DNA of 64,000 nucleotides from Bdellovibrionales bacterium (GTDB lineage: Bacteria; Bdellovibrionota; Bdellovibrionia; Bdellovibrionales; CAYMLA01): assembly GCA_965217115.1 (NCBI GenBank), contig OZ244239.1, forward strand, positions 1,792,001-1,856,000, written 5' to 3'. Of this stretch, positions 28,314 to 37,709 are shown piece by piece. Below the pieces are notes generated by a model. That model did no database searches and was not told the origin of the DNA. It saw nothing but the letters and a program-made list of their open reading frames with translations. The translations under genes were made by a program, and so were the position numbers. Each line of letters begins with the position of its first letter. Positions within the stretch are counted from its first letter, which is position 1.

Positions 28314-29356
28314 TTATTTTTTCCCTACTCTTGCAGCAGTCTTTTTGGGGTCTATCTTAGTTTGAGAGTTAGTTTTCTGGTTTACTACATTACGCACAAC
28401 TCTTCCTTCTCCCTTAGCTAGATTAACTATCTTTTTTATAAGAGAAAGATCTCTAAAACGTCGTTTAGCGAGGTGTTTCCGCCCTTTTTCATATAGCTCA
28501 TCTATAATATTAGCGTCAGAGTCACGAAATCTAATCGACATATTCAGAAATTTCTCTACTTGTGCCTCTGTTGGCTTTCCATCCACAAATAATTTGAGAT
28601 TCTCTTTCAATATATGCTCCCATCCAGCATCTACTTCAACACGCTTTACACGATCGATCTCAGTTAGAGCAGGCCACTTTTTTGGTGTTGTTCCAAACTT
28701 ATCAAAGACTTTTTTTGCGAATTTTGACATTTCAGAAGAATAAAGCATGCTCCCGTGGATATCCTTAGCTAACTCACCTCCGAAGAACGAAGAAAACACT
28801 CTTTTAGCTTGCGCTATTCTCATTGTGCTGCAATACCAAACTCCTTCTCAGAATAATTCTCAGATTTCGTATTCACCATCACTTCTCCAAGTGATTTTTG
28901 CCCTTCTGCTACTAATCTATTCATAGTAAGAAAATTAGATTCACGAAAGTTATACGGCGATGTATTCAGAAATCTTCTCTTTTGTTCCATGTTTGGCCTT
29001 GTTCATCAAAAATGATCTGAGATTCTCTTTCAATATATGCTCCCACCCAGCATCTACTTCAGCACGCTTACACGATCGATCTCAGTTAGAGCGAGCCACT
29101 TTTCTGGTGTTGTTCCCAACTTACTAAAGACTTCTTGTGCAAATTCTGACATTGCAGAAGTATAAAGCGCGCTCCCGTGGATATACTTAGCTCTGTTACC
29201 TCCGAAGAACGAAGAAAATACGTTTTTAGCCTCTGCCTGATTTGTTACTAGAGCCTTGCCATATGGTATAGCAACTACACCTGGGGTGGGTTCTCCAAAT
29301 AAAGCTCCACCATAAAAGACTAATCCGAGTACAAGCAGTGATAATGTTTTTTTCAT
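28314..29356 (-). pseudogene. Frameshifted paralog of array gene 2a with two fuller repeats (array gene 2b); frameshifts may be sequencing errors
   Basis: ORFs 29054-29356 and 28314-28823 match the N- and C-terminal parts of 2a; several indels between ~28820 and 29070. Confidence 0.75.
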
Positions 29357-29587
29357 TTTTTTTCTCCTAATAATTGGGTATCGATCTATTTCCTTGGGAG
29401 ATTAATTCTCCTAAATCTGACTAATACCGTTAATTTCTAAGGTTCTAGAGTACATATTCTATGCCATGGAGAAAATAGCTCAGACATCAATCTATCGGTA
29501 GTTGAGCTCTTTTGAGGTGTCTAGCCCCTAGCGTAGATTGTCAGTTTGGAGTTTTAAAAGAGGTTTTTCCTGGGTTCTTTTCCTTTT

Positions 29588-29670
29588 TTGTGGATGGGAA
29601 ATCGTCGCAGCCAAGAGATCCTGTGGGGATTTTGCATTTGTATGATTTGATTGATTCCAAAATATGGTGA
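29588..29670 (+). repeat. Duplicated 3' end of kdsD, copy 4
   Basis: Matches ~22715-22797. Confidence 0.9.
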
Positions 29671-29690
29671 TTGATTTTGGCAGAGAAGGC

Positions 29691-29807
29691 GCTTTTTTAA
29701 TGAACCTCCATTCTTTAGTTCAGACATGCGTTTGGCAGCGGTGCTCGCCTAAGGCGAGCATCGCACCAAGCCGAACTCACTAAAGAATAAAGGTCCATGA
29801 AAAAAGC
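29691..29807. repeat. 117-nt imperfect palindrome, copy 4 (no VNTR follows)
   Basis: Near-identical to copy 1. Confidence 0.9.
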
Positions 29808-29859
29808 TCTTTTTGAAAATCGCATGGGACTGGGGACAGCGGGGGGAGGGGGTAGGCGG

Positions 29860-29950
29860 GGGAACCGCCCAGCAAAGGACAACTCTATGCTATGTGCTTA
29901 AAGGCAACATGACTCAAATTGAAAGTTTACAGACTAATGTGGGAACCGCC
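29860..29950 (+). mobile_element. IS-end-like fragment, copy 3, bracketed by GGGAACCGCC direct repeats
   Basis: Reverse complement of 3003-3083. Confidence 0.65.
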
Positions 29951-30012
29951 ACCCTATGGTAACTCCTTTGTGGTTTTGTTGTTTTGGTGGGGTGACTATT
30001 TTGCTAAGGATT

Positions 30013-30495
30013 TTACTTGCAAATACCTCGTCTTCTAAGGTTTACAATTTTGTTTTTAAGGATTTTAGTTGCATCAGCTATCTCCTTAACGTATTCCCTC
30101 TGCACAAAAGGAATATCTCCAAATCCGATCTGGGCAATAGGTATTGGTGAAGAATCTCGCACCTGTTCTGTAACTGTTTCTCGGCCTCGTCCGAAGTGAC
30201 GTGTTTTACGATGATAAATACCAAGCTTATAGTCCCAATAGTCCAGAAAGAGCATCTTCTCTTCCGCGGTCATGACCAACAAAAACGGATGACTTATGAG
30301 AAGAATAGGGTCAATCTTCTCAGGCAACCCGCGAGTCCATGAATAGTCAATAAAGCAATCGACAGCAAGTTGAGTCCCAGGCTGCTTACCAGCAAGGCTT
30401 CTTTTTGTGTCAGCATTTAAAGACTGAATCCTTGTACCCATTCCCGAACAAGCAACAAAACTTAAGCTCAACAAGCACAGCATAATTATTTTCAT
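30013..30495 (-). CDS. Lipoprotein, hypothetical (array gene 4)
   Basis: MKIIMLCLLSLSFVACSG lipobox; AGGAG RBS. Confidence 0.78.
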   Translation of the reverse strand: MKIIMLCLLSLSFVACSGMGTRIQSLNADTKRSLAGKQPGTQLAVDCFIDYSWTRGLPEKIDPILLISHPFLLVMTAEEKMLFLDYWDYKLGIYHRKTRHFGRGRETVTEQVRDSSPIPIAQIGFGDIPFVQREYVKEIADATKILKNKIVNLRRRGICK

Positions 30496-30531
30496 AAACA
30501 AATCTCCTATTTATTTTTATTATCAATAAGT

Positions 30532-30558
30532 GTATCGGACTATTCTCGCTAAAGTTAA
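30532..30558 (-). promoter_or_regulatory. Putative sigma28 (FliA) promoter TTAA-N15-TCCGATAC
   Basis: Spacing matches TAAA-N15-GCCGATAA consensus; ~37 nt upstream of ATG. Confidence 0.55.
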
Positions 30559-30599
30559 GCTAGACTAGACTAAGCTAAACTAAACTAAACTAAACTAAA
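30555..30599. repeat. (CTAAA/CTAGA)n pentanucleotide microsatellite
   Basis: Read directly. Confidence 0.9.
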
Positions 30600-30634
30600 G
30601 GCGATTAAGGAGTCAGCTATTAGATAAATAGCTA

Positions 30635-30970
30635 TTAATCTATACACTCCACAAAGACCCTTTCGCCAGGTCTTATTATAACACTCTCGCCTTTATCTAA
30701 ATTAACAATACGGGTTGGCTTGCAAACAGGTAAGTGAGGATTTATATTACAAGGATCTACGATAGCTAGAACAGAGTTTCTTTTTCCGCAAGTTACTAAA
30801 GTTTCTTTTTCAATGCCTTGGAAAAAAAATGAGGGTTGTGTTAAAATAAATTTATCCTGGAAAGACGACGCGAGTTCCCTTTTATTAACCGTTTTAGATG
30901 TTGTTTTTTGCCTCACTCCAGAGCAGGCAACAAAACTTAAACTTAGCAGAGACAGGATAATTATTTTCAT
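30635..30970 (-). CDS. Lipoprotein, hypothetical (array gene 5)
   Basis: MKIIILSLLSLSFVACSG lipobox; AAGGA RBS. Confidence 0.78.
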   Translation of the reverse strand: MKIIILSLLSLSFVACSGVRQKTTSKTVNKRELASSFQDKFILTQPSFFFQGIEKETLVTCGKRNSVLAIVDPCNINPHLPVCKPTRIVNLDKGESVIIRPGERVFVECID

Positions 30971-31011
30971 AGTAAAATCCTTTCGTTTATATTAGTTAAT
31001 TGTAACAAACC

Positions 31012-31038
31012 TATCGGATTATTTAAGCTAAACTAAAC
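31012..31038 (-). promoter_or_regulatory. Putative sigma28 (FliA) promoter TTTA-N15-TCCGATAG
   Basis: Same arrangement as 30532-30558. Confidence 0.55.
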
Positions 31039-31066
31039 TAAACTAAACTAAACTAAACTAAACTAA
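31028..31066. repeat. (CTAAA)7+ microsatellite
   Basis: Read directly. Confidence 0.92.
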
Positions 31067-31181
31067 GATTGACTCTGATAATCTTGTTTAGCTGTTTCCC
31101 AGAAAGGGTTTGGAAGTAGTGTGAAGCATTTGGAAGCCTGTGAAGCTATAAAGGCCAATGAAAATAGTGGGTTAGTGTTCT

Positions 31182-31262
31182 GGCGGGCATTGCACCAAGT
31201 CGAACTTACTAAGGTCCATTAAAAAAGCTCTTTTTGAAAATGGCATGGGTTGGGAACAGAGG
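31182..31262 (+). repeat. Degenerate right half of the palindrome element plus its flank (copy 5)
   Basis: GGCGGGCATTGCACCAAGTCGAACTTACTAA-GGTCCATTAAAAAAGCTCTTTTTGAAAATGGCATGGG. Confidence 0.8.
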
Positions 31263-31426
31263 AGCAGTGGGGGTCCAGTTAGGAAATGAGAAAATGTGGT
31301 GGAGGAGGGGGGGCTGGCAAATATAGCCATAAGTCCTAAGTTAGAGGACTATGCTTGCAGGTATTGTAAAGTTTCTCGACAATGTACTTTAGAGTAAACA
31401 GCGTCTGATTTTTTTTACAGCTTAGA

Positions 31427-32191
31427 ATGAGAGAGAAAATGAAATTATTTTACAGTGCATTTAGATCAGTCCCTATTTTTTGCCTGTTGTGTGCCGTGAA
31501 TTCCTATGGAGCGGTGATTGAGTTTCCTGATTATGAGTTGGCCCCTGAGTCAGTGCTTCCTCTGTTTGATAAAGCAGTGAGTGTCCGTGATCGGCGTATT
31601 GTGAGTAGGGGTCGAATTGAGATGGGTATCTTTTCTGGTTTTTCATTGCTTGAGTCATTCTATAGTCAATACAGTGTTGGTGTTTCGTCGAGCTATCATT
31701 TTAATGAAATCAATGCTCTTCACGCTTCTTTTTTTTACTGGATACCAGGTTTAACTGAGCAAGCTCACTCGTTAAGAGAGAGGCATAATATTTTTCTAGA
31801 AAAAGCCCCGTCTCCAGAGAGTTACTTGACCTTAGAGTATCAGCACTCATCTTTTTATGGAAAAATGAGTATTTCTAAAAACTACGTCATAAACACTCAT
31901 ATCTATGGCCTACTTGGCGGGGGAGTGCAGCTTACTGGGGAGGCAACTTATCCAACGTTTAATTTTGGTTTGGGACAAAAGCTCTATTTCTCAAAATTAT
32001 TGGCATTGAGAGTTGATTTAAGAGGGGTTTTGTACAGTGGTCCCAATCCTCTCAAAGGACCTGCTTTTGGAGGTGAATCTAATAAGAGAAGGCCTCCACA
32101 TAGGGGATCTAGTAACTTAAGTTCAGAAGATTTTGAATCCCAGTTAATTTTTTCAACTCTTCTCTCTGTGGGTATGGTTTATCGTTTTTAG
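31427..32191 (+). CDS. Outer-membrane beta-barrel protein, GltA/GltB-like
   Basis: YHFNE, FYGKMS, GLGQK, C-terminal Phe; head of the Agl-Glt cluster. Confidence 0.75.
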   Translation: MREKMKLFYSAFRSVPIFCLLCAVNSYGAVIEFPDYELAPESVLPLFDKAVSVRDRRIVSRGRIEMGIFSGFSLLESFYSQYSVGVSSSYHFNEINALHASFFYWIPGLTEQAHSLRERHNIFLEKAPSPESYLTLEYQHSSFYGKMSISKNYVINTHIYGLLGGGVQLTGEATYPTFNFGLGQKLYFSKLLALRVDLRGVLYSGPNPLKGPAFGGESNKRRPPHRGSSNLSSEDFESQLIFSTLLSVGMVYRF

Positions 32192-32198
32192 GTAGGTA

Positions 32199-32888
32199 AT
32201 GACAATGAAGATTTTGCTGAAAATATTTTTTTTACTGAGTCTATCAATTCTATTGAATGTCTCTGCGTTGGGAGCAGAACTGAAGAGATTGGGTGATTTG
32301 GCTCCCTATGAAAACATTGCTGTTTTACAGAAAAAATATCTTCCCAAGACAGAGAGATTTGAACTTTTTGTTGGAGCTTCAAATTTAATGAATGACACAT
32401 TCTTTTTGACGGCTGGGTTATCAGCAAGGATAGCCTATCATTTTTCAGAGCAATATGCCTTAGAGGGAAGTTTAGGGTTCTTTACGAGTGAGAATAGAGA
32501 GGTTGTGGGTGATCTCACAGATGGTGGTGTAGAAACAATCGAATATGTAACAAGTCGTCAGTATTATGGATTGAATGGAAGATGGTCTCCCATATATGGA
32601 AAAATAAGTTATTTAGGACGAAAAATAGTGCCCTATGAAATCTACTTCACAGGGGGGGGTGGGATAACAAAGACAAGCCGGGATTACAATGAGATTTCGG
32701 CGAATATTGGAATAGGGCAGATGTTTGCGATATCCAAGAGATGGGCCATTAAATGGGATTTTAATTACACTGCATATAATGGGCGGTATATTAATGAGAA
32801 AACTTTAGAAAAGAGGTCTCAACTTGTTAATAATGTTTTTCTCTCTGTCGGAGTGAGTGTGTTTTTTCCGGAGGCGACATACAGATGA
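32199..32888 (+). CDS. Outer-membrane beta-barrel protein, GltA/GltB-like
   Basis: VLQKKY..K..RFEL, ND.F, WSPIYGK, GVSVFFP. Confidence 0.8.
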   Translation: MTMKILLKIFFLLSLSILLNVSALGAELKRLGDLAPYENIAVLQKKYLPKTERFELFVGASNLMNDTFFLTAGLSARIAYHFSEQYALEGSLGFFTSENREVVGDLTDGGVETIEYVTSRQYYGLNGRWSPIYGKISYLGRKIVPYEIYFTGGGGITKTSRDYNEISANIGIGQMFAISKRWAIKWDFNYTAYNGRYINEKTLEKRSQLVNNVFLSVGVSVFFPEATYR

Positions 32889-34552
32889 TAAAAATAAATA
32901 TTTTTCTTCTAATTTCATTGATGATTTTACCTTTACGGGCTGAAAAATCGACGTTGTTAGGTGATGATGTCTTTGGTACTAAGATCATCCAATGGGAGAA
33001 AGGTTACGAAGTCGCAAAGAAGAAAATACGTAAAAAGAAGCGCACCTCTCGATCAAAAAAAGTAAAGAGAGCAAGAAGCAGAAAGAAAGGAAAGAAATAC
33101 TCCCGTCTGTTCAGAGTGCATTTGGGAAAAGCTGTTAGATTTGCTAAAGCAGAAAATTACAGTTCGGCCTCTAAGATATTTTTTAGGCTAAGTCGAAATC
33201 CTCGCTATCGTTCTGAACGGATTCAGCTTAAGTACCTACTTGGTTTAATGTTCTATGAAATGGGTCTTAGGCAGACGGCGGCCTTTCAGTTTGTTGAGGT
33301 CGTAAAGGCTGGTGAGAGTAAATATTTAAAACAAAGTTTAGAAAAACTGTCTTTAGCGGCAGGCGCATTAGGTGATAGTACTCTTTTAAATTATGCGATA
33401 TCCAAAGTAAGGGTGAGAAACTTCCCTAAAGAGCATAGAGATATGCTGAATTTCCGTATTGGTGAATACAAAGAGAATGCTAAAAATCATTCGGATGCAG
33501 CCAAGTATTTCTCTAAAGTGAGTTCTAGGAGCCCTTTGTATTTTAAAGCTAAGTACAATCAAGCTTTGTCTTACGCAGAACAGGGCAAGATCAATCAAGC
33601 TATTAAGGTCTTTAATTATATGGGTAATACAAGAGTGAATAAAGGGGGTAATGATCCCATACGAACTCTGGCATTGTTATCTAAGGCACGGTTGTATTAT
33701 CAAGGTAAAAAATGGAATAAAGCTATAGAGGCATACAGAGAGGTGCCTCGTGATACGCCAGAGTGGCATAAAGCCATGTTTGAATCTTCTTGGGCAATGC
33801 TTAGAACAGCTCGTTTTCGTTCAGCTTTGAGTAATTTTCACACGCTCCACTCGCCTTACTACACAGACGTCTACCAACCAGAGTCGTTTCTTCTACGTGC
33901 AATTATCTATTTATATATTTGTAAATATGATGAGATGAAAAAAGTTTTAGTGCAATTTGATGAAATCTACGGTCCGATAAGAAAGAGCATTGCTCGTTTT
34001 TTCAATAATAACAAGATTTCTTCATCTTATTTAGATGAGTTAAAGAGAGCTTATAAAACCCATAAATATCAAAAACTTAAGAAAAATGGATTGCCCTACA
34101 TATTGGGAAAAAAGCTTCTACAAGAGCCTGATATTCAAAAATCTCTAGATTACTTAAATAAAATAGAAGGTGAGGGAGAAAAAATTAAATCCATGACGGC
34201 AAGTTGGGGAAAGTCTTCAGTAGGGGTTTATGCAAAGAAAATATTATCTTTGAGAATAGAAAATGCGAAGAAAAAATTAGGTAAGAAAGTCAGAGCTTAT
34301 CTTATTCGCTATAAGGTAGAGTTAAGGGATTTTGAAGAGCAAGCAGGTTTTATTCGCTATGAAATGATTAATGGCCGTAAAGATTCATTAAAGAAGAGGA
34401 TTGCGGGCAAGGGCATTGGAATCTCTATTGAAAAAGACAAGAAAAGAGATTTTTATGTTCAAAATGGTTATGAATTCTGGCCATTCCAGGGTGAATATTG
34501 GTTAGATGAAATTGGGAACTATCACTATGTAGGAACTCAGAGCTGTGAATAG
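32885..34552 (+). CDS. gltC: TPR protein, GltC-like
   Basis: TPRs; 'HTLHSPYY' and C-terminal WPFQGEYWLDEIGNY. Confidence 0.75.
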   Translation: MIKINIFLLISLMILPLRAEKSTLLGDDVFGTKIIQWEKGYEVAKKKIRKKKRTSRSKKVKRARSRKKGKKYSRLFRVHLGKAVRFAKAENYSSASKIFFRLSRNPRYRSERIQLKYLLGLMFYEMGLRQTAAFQFVEVVKAGESKYLKQSLEKLSLAAGALGDSTLLNYAISKVRVRNFPKEHRDMLNFRIGEYKENAKNHSDAAKYFSKVSSRSPLYFKAKYNQALSYAEQGKINQAIKVFNYMGNTRVNKGGNDPIRTLALLSKARLYYQGKKWNKAIEAYREVPRDTPEWHKAMFESSWAMLRTARFRSALSNFHTLHSPYYTDVYQPESFLLRAIIYLYICKYDEMKKVLVQFDEIYGPIRKSIARFFNNNKISSSYLDELKRAYKTHKYQKLKKNGLPYILGKKLLQEPDIQKSLDYLNKIEGEGEKIKSMTASWGKSSVGVYAKKILSLRIENAKKKLGKKVRAYLIRYKVELRDFEEQAGFIRYEMINGRKDSLKKRIAGKGIGISIEKDKKRDFYVQNGYEFWPFQGEYWLDEIGNYHYVGTQSCE

Positions 34553-37500
34553 CAGGGAGAACGCCTTTCTTATTAAAGGTTCCGTGATTATTTTGTCACT
34601 GATATGCTTTAAGACGACAGCTGCCGTGTCACAGCAAACCGTTGGGGACTTGCTCAGTGGAGTTGGTTATCGAGATAGAGGAGAGCGTTTTAACAAGAAA
34701 TCTGCACGTAAGAGTCGAACGTCAGTGCCAAAATTTCATATTCCTGTAAGAAAAGTGAAGAAATTTAATTTAAGAGCTATTAAGCCACCGAAAACAAATC
34801 ACTTGCGTTATTCGTCTAATAAAAACTTGTTTGAGTTAGAAAAAATTACAGACAGTGGAATCAAAGAATTATTTTTACTAGTGAGAAAGTTTAAGAACAG
34901 TCGTAATCGAGGGGAGTTATGGCTACGTTTAGCTGAGCTTTACAATGAAAAAGCGAAGCTTGTTGAGTTCCGTTTACAGGATGAATACGATCTTAAGTTA
35001 AAAGAGTTTTTTGCAAAAAAAAGGAAAAGAAAACCTCAATTAAATCTTAAATTTTCTAATCAATACTACAAGAAATCAATTAATTTATATGAGCTGCATT
35101 TGAGGGATTTTAAGAAGAGCAAGAAGCGAGATCAGGTTCTTTACTATTTGGGGACAAATTATTTCCAAATGAGTCAGTTTAAAAAGGGTTCTCAATATTA
35201 TAAGCAATTATCAAAAGAACACCCAAAAAGTCTCTATATCTCTGAAGCTCAATTTCATTTAGGAGAGTATCATTTTGAAAACGAAAGCTGGAAGAAGGCA
35301 CTTTATTATTTCAAGAAAGTTCTGAGAAGAAGAAGATCAAGGCTCTATTCCTTTTCTTTATATAAAGCCTCTTGGTGTTTGTTCCGGGAAGGACATATTA
35401 GTAAAGCATTAAAAGGGATGGAAGAGCTCGTTCTTCTCAAAGGACTAAGAAGATCAGTTAAAAAATTACGTTTGAGTAAGGAAGGGCTTAAAGATTTGAT
35501 TGTTTTTTATGCTGAAAGTGGTGATTATCGTCGGGCGATTGAATTTTACAAGATGCATGCAAAAGGGAGAGCGAATAAATATTTGGAGAGGCTGGCTTAT
35601 ATCTACGCAGATAAAGGTTCTAGAAAAGCGGCTCAAAAAGTCTTTAAAACTCTTATTAAGGACAATCCCAATAGCCACAAAGCCTTTGATTATCAGTATC
35701 AAATTGTTTTGGGGTACTCCAATTCATCTAAGTCTAGGCTGTTTCGCGAAGAGCTGTTTTCTTGGATAAAGACCTATGGAAAGAATGAAAGTTGGTATAG
35801 AGCTAATAATAATAATAAAAATAAGGAAATGCTCCAAAGAACAGAGGCACTCATTGAATTAACTTTGAGGAATTATGTTTTAAGGGAGCATCAAGCAGCG
35901 CAAAATTCTCGCACGAGTTTTTCGAAAAAACTTGCAGAAAGTGCTTACAAAAAATACCTGAACCATTATGGGAATTCTAAGTATGGACTTGAAATGTATT
36001 TTTTCTATGGTGAGTTACTTTATGACTCCAAAAAATACGAACAAGCAGCTGAGAAATATGAATATGTTGCTAAGTCTAAGGAGGGGAATAAGTATAACAA
36101 ACAAGCGGCTGACAATTATATTCTCTCTTTGGAGAGAGGACTTCCTTCTGACCAGAAGATTCAATCTAAAGTGGGAGAATCTCTAGAGCCAATAAAGTTT
36201 GATTCTCAAGGCGTGAAATTTGAAAAAGGTTCTAGGTGGTTTTTGAAGAATTATCCCCAGAGCAGAAAACATCAAGGTATTATGTTTCGACTGGGAAGGC
36301 TTTATTATTTACATAACCAGTTTAATCAAGCGATAAAGATGTTTAAACAGATTATAGAAAAATACCCCAAAACAAAATACACTGAGTATTCAGCTAATTT
36401 ATTATTAGATATATATAATTTACGTGGTGATTATAAGGGATTAGAAAAGGTCGGGAAAGAGTTATTGAAAAGCCCTTACCTGAAAAAATCCTCTGTTGGA
36501 GTGGTGGTAAAGCGGATTATTGAGAAAGCTTCTTTTAAAACAGCTCAAAGGTTAGAAGAATCCAAAGAGTATCTAAAGAGTGCGGAAATGTTTTCTAAGT
36601 TTGCACGTAATAATACTAAATCTTCGTTGTCTGTATTTGCTCGATTCAATGCCGGAATTAATTATACGAGAGCAGGTGCATTGCTAGAGGGCGTAGAGAT
36701 GTATCTATTGACCCTTAAAACATCGTCAAAGAAGAAGAATAAAAAGTTAAGACAGAAAGTTCGTCAAGAGTTGGCAATATTGTATTCTGATTTAGGTGAT
36801 TATGAAAGAGCGGCTATGAATTTTGAATACTTGGGAGAAATGATAGAGAAAGTTTCTAGAGACAAGGCCGTTGATTACTATTTTAATGCAGCTGTTATTT
36901 GGGACGGTTTTAAGTATTGGACAAAAGCTTTAAAGAACTATGATGCCTATTTACGCTTGTCTAGAAAAAGCGAGAAAAAACAGGCTTATTATCTCAAGGG
37001 AGAGATATATAGAAAGCGTAGGAGCTGGACTCTAGCTGCTCAGGCTTATGGGAAGTATTTGCGCGTAAAAGCAGAGGGTTTGCCTAAGGCTATGGAGGTT
37101 CAATACAAATTGATGCAAATCTATAAAAAATTAAAAAAAGAGCAAACATGGAAATATTGGAGAAGGCAAGTCGTACAGACACTGAAGGAATCTAATTCTC
37201 AGGCTGATATTGTTTGGGGAGTTAGATCAAAATTAGAAATCAGCAGTGAGAAATTAGCAAAATTAAAAAGTATTAAAATCCCAAGAGGCTCTCGACAGCA
37301 GAAGGTGGTTGGCAAGAAGCTTTCTTTGTTGTCCAGTTTGAACAAGGATTTAGAGCATATTGTGGGGTTGAATCATCCAGAGGGGATTGTTGGGGCATTA
37401 GGGATAGCGGGGGCTGCTCACCAACACATGGCTAAAGCTTTTCAATTGGCTCCGTTACCTAAGGGCTTGACCCGTAAAGAACAAAAACAATATCGTAAGG

Positions 37501-37709
37501 GAATCTATGGTAAATTTGTTCAACCTCAGTTGAATAAATCTATTCAGAGCTTTCGCTCGTCTGTAGATAAAGGGATCTCTTTGGATGAGTTTTCGGAATG
37601 GTATTATTTATCTAAGAGATCTTTGAGTAAATTGGTTCCAAAGGGCAATAGAGCAAATTTTTTAAAGCCTTATTATTTTCCTTTTAAAAAGGACAAGCTG
37701 AAATTATGA
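34545..37709 (+). CDS. gltD: Large TPR protein, GltD/AgmU-like
   Basis: LRLAELY, many TPRs, 'SANLLLD', 'AP.PKGL'; position in cluster. Confidence 0.75.
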   Translation: MNSRENAFLIKGSVIILSLICFKTTAAVSQQTVGDLLSGVGYRDRGERFNKKSARKSRTSVPKFHIPVRKVKKFNLRAIKPPKTNHLRYSSNKNLFELEKITDSGIKELFLLVRKFKNSRNRGELWLRLAELYNEKAKLVEFRLQDEYDLKLKEFFAKKRKRKPQLNLKFSNQYYKKSINLYELHLRDFKKSKKRDQVLYYLGTNYFQMSQFKKGSQYYKQLSKEHPKSLYISEAQFHLGEYHFENESWKKALYYFKKVLRRRRSRLYSFSLYKASWCLFREGHISKALKGMEELVLLKGLRRSVKKLRLSKEGLKDLIVFYAESGDYRRAIEFYKMHAKGRANKYLERLAYIYADKGSRKAAQKVFKTLIKDNPNSHKAFDYQYQIVLGYSNSSKSRLFREELFSWIKTYGKNESWYRANNNNKNKEMLQRTEALIELTLRNYVLREHQAAQNSRTSFSKKLAESAYKKYLNHYGNSKYGLEMYFFYGELLYDSKKYEQAAEKYEYVAKSKEGNKYNKQAADNYILSLERGLPSDQKIQSKVGESLEPIKFDSQGVKFEKGSRWFLKNYPQSRKHQGIMFRLGRLYYLHNQFNQAIKMFKQIIEKYPKTKYTEYSANLLLDIYNLRGDYKGLEKVGKELLKSPYLKKSSVGVVVKRIIEKASFKTAQRLEESKEYLKSAEMFSKFARNNTKSSLSVFARFNAGINYTRAGALLEGVEMYLLTLKTSSKKKNKKLRQKVRQELAILYSDLGDYERAAMNFEYLGEMIEKVSRDKAVDYYFNAAVIWDGFKYWTKALKNYDAYLRLSRKSEKKQAYYLKGEIYRKRRSWTLAAQAYGKYLRVKAEGLPKAMEVQYKLMQIYKKLKKEQTWKYWRRQVVQTLKESNSQADIVWGVRSKLEISSEKLAKLKSIKIPRGSRQQKVVGKKLSLLSSLNKDLEHIVGLNHPEGIVGALGIAGAAHQHMAKAFQLAPLPKGLTRKEQKQYRKGIYGKFVQPQLNKSIQSFRSSVDKGISLDEFSEWYYLSKRSLSKLVPKGNRANFLKPYYFPFKKDKLKL

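Noticed and set aside
24957..29356. Diversity-generating retroelement TR/VR pair
   Set aside because: Differences between 2a and 2b are mostly transitions in both directions, not adenine-specific; no reverse transcriptase in the window
22818..29807. Integron with attC sites
   Set aside because: The palindrome lacks RYYYAAC/GTTRRRY ends, is hundreds of bp from the cargo stop codons, and no integrase is present
23633..31066. Shufflon or invertible cassette system
   Set aside because: All cargo genes and repeat blocks are in direct orientation and no invertase is present
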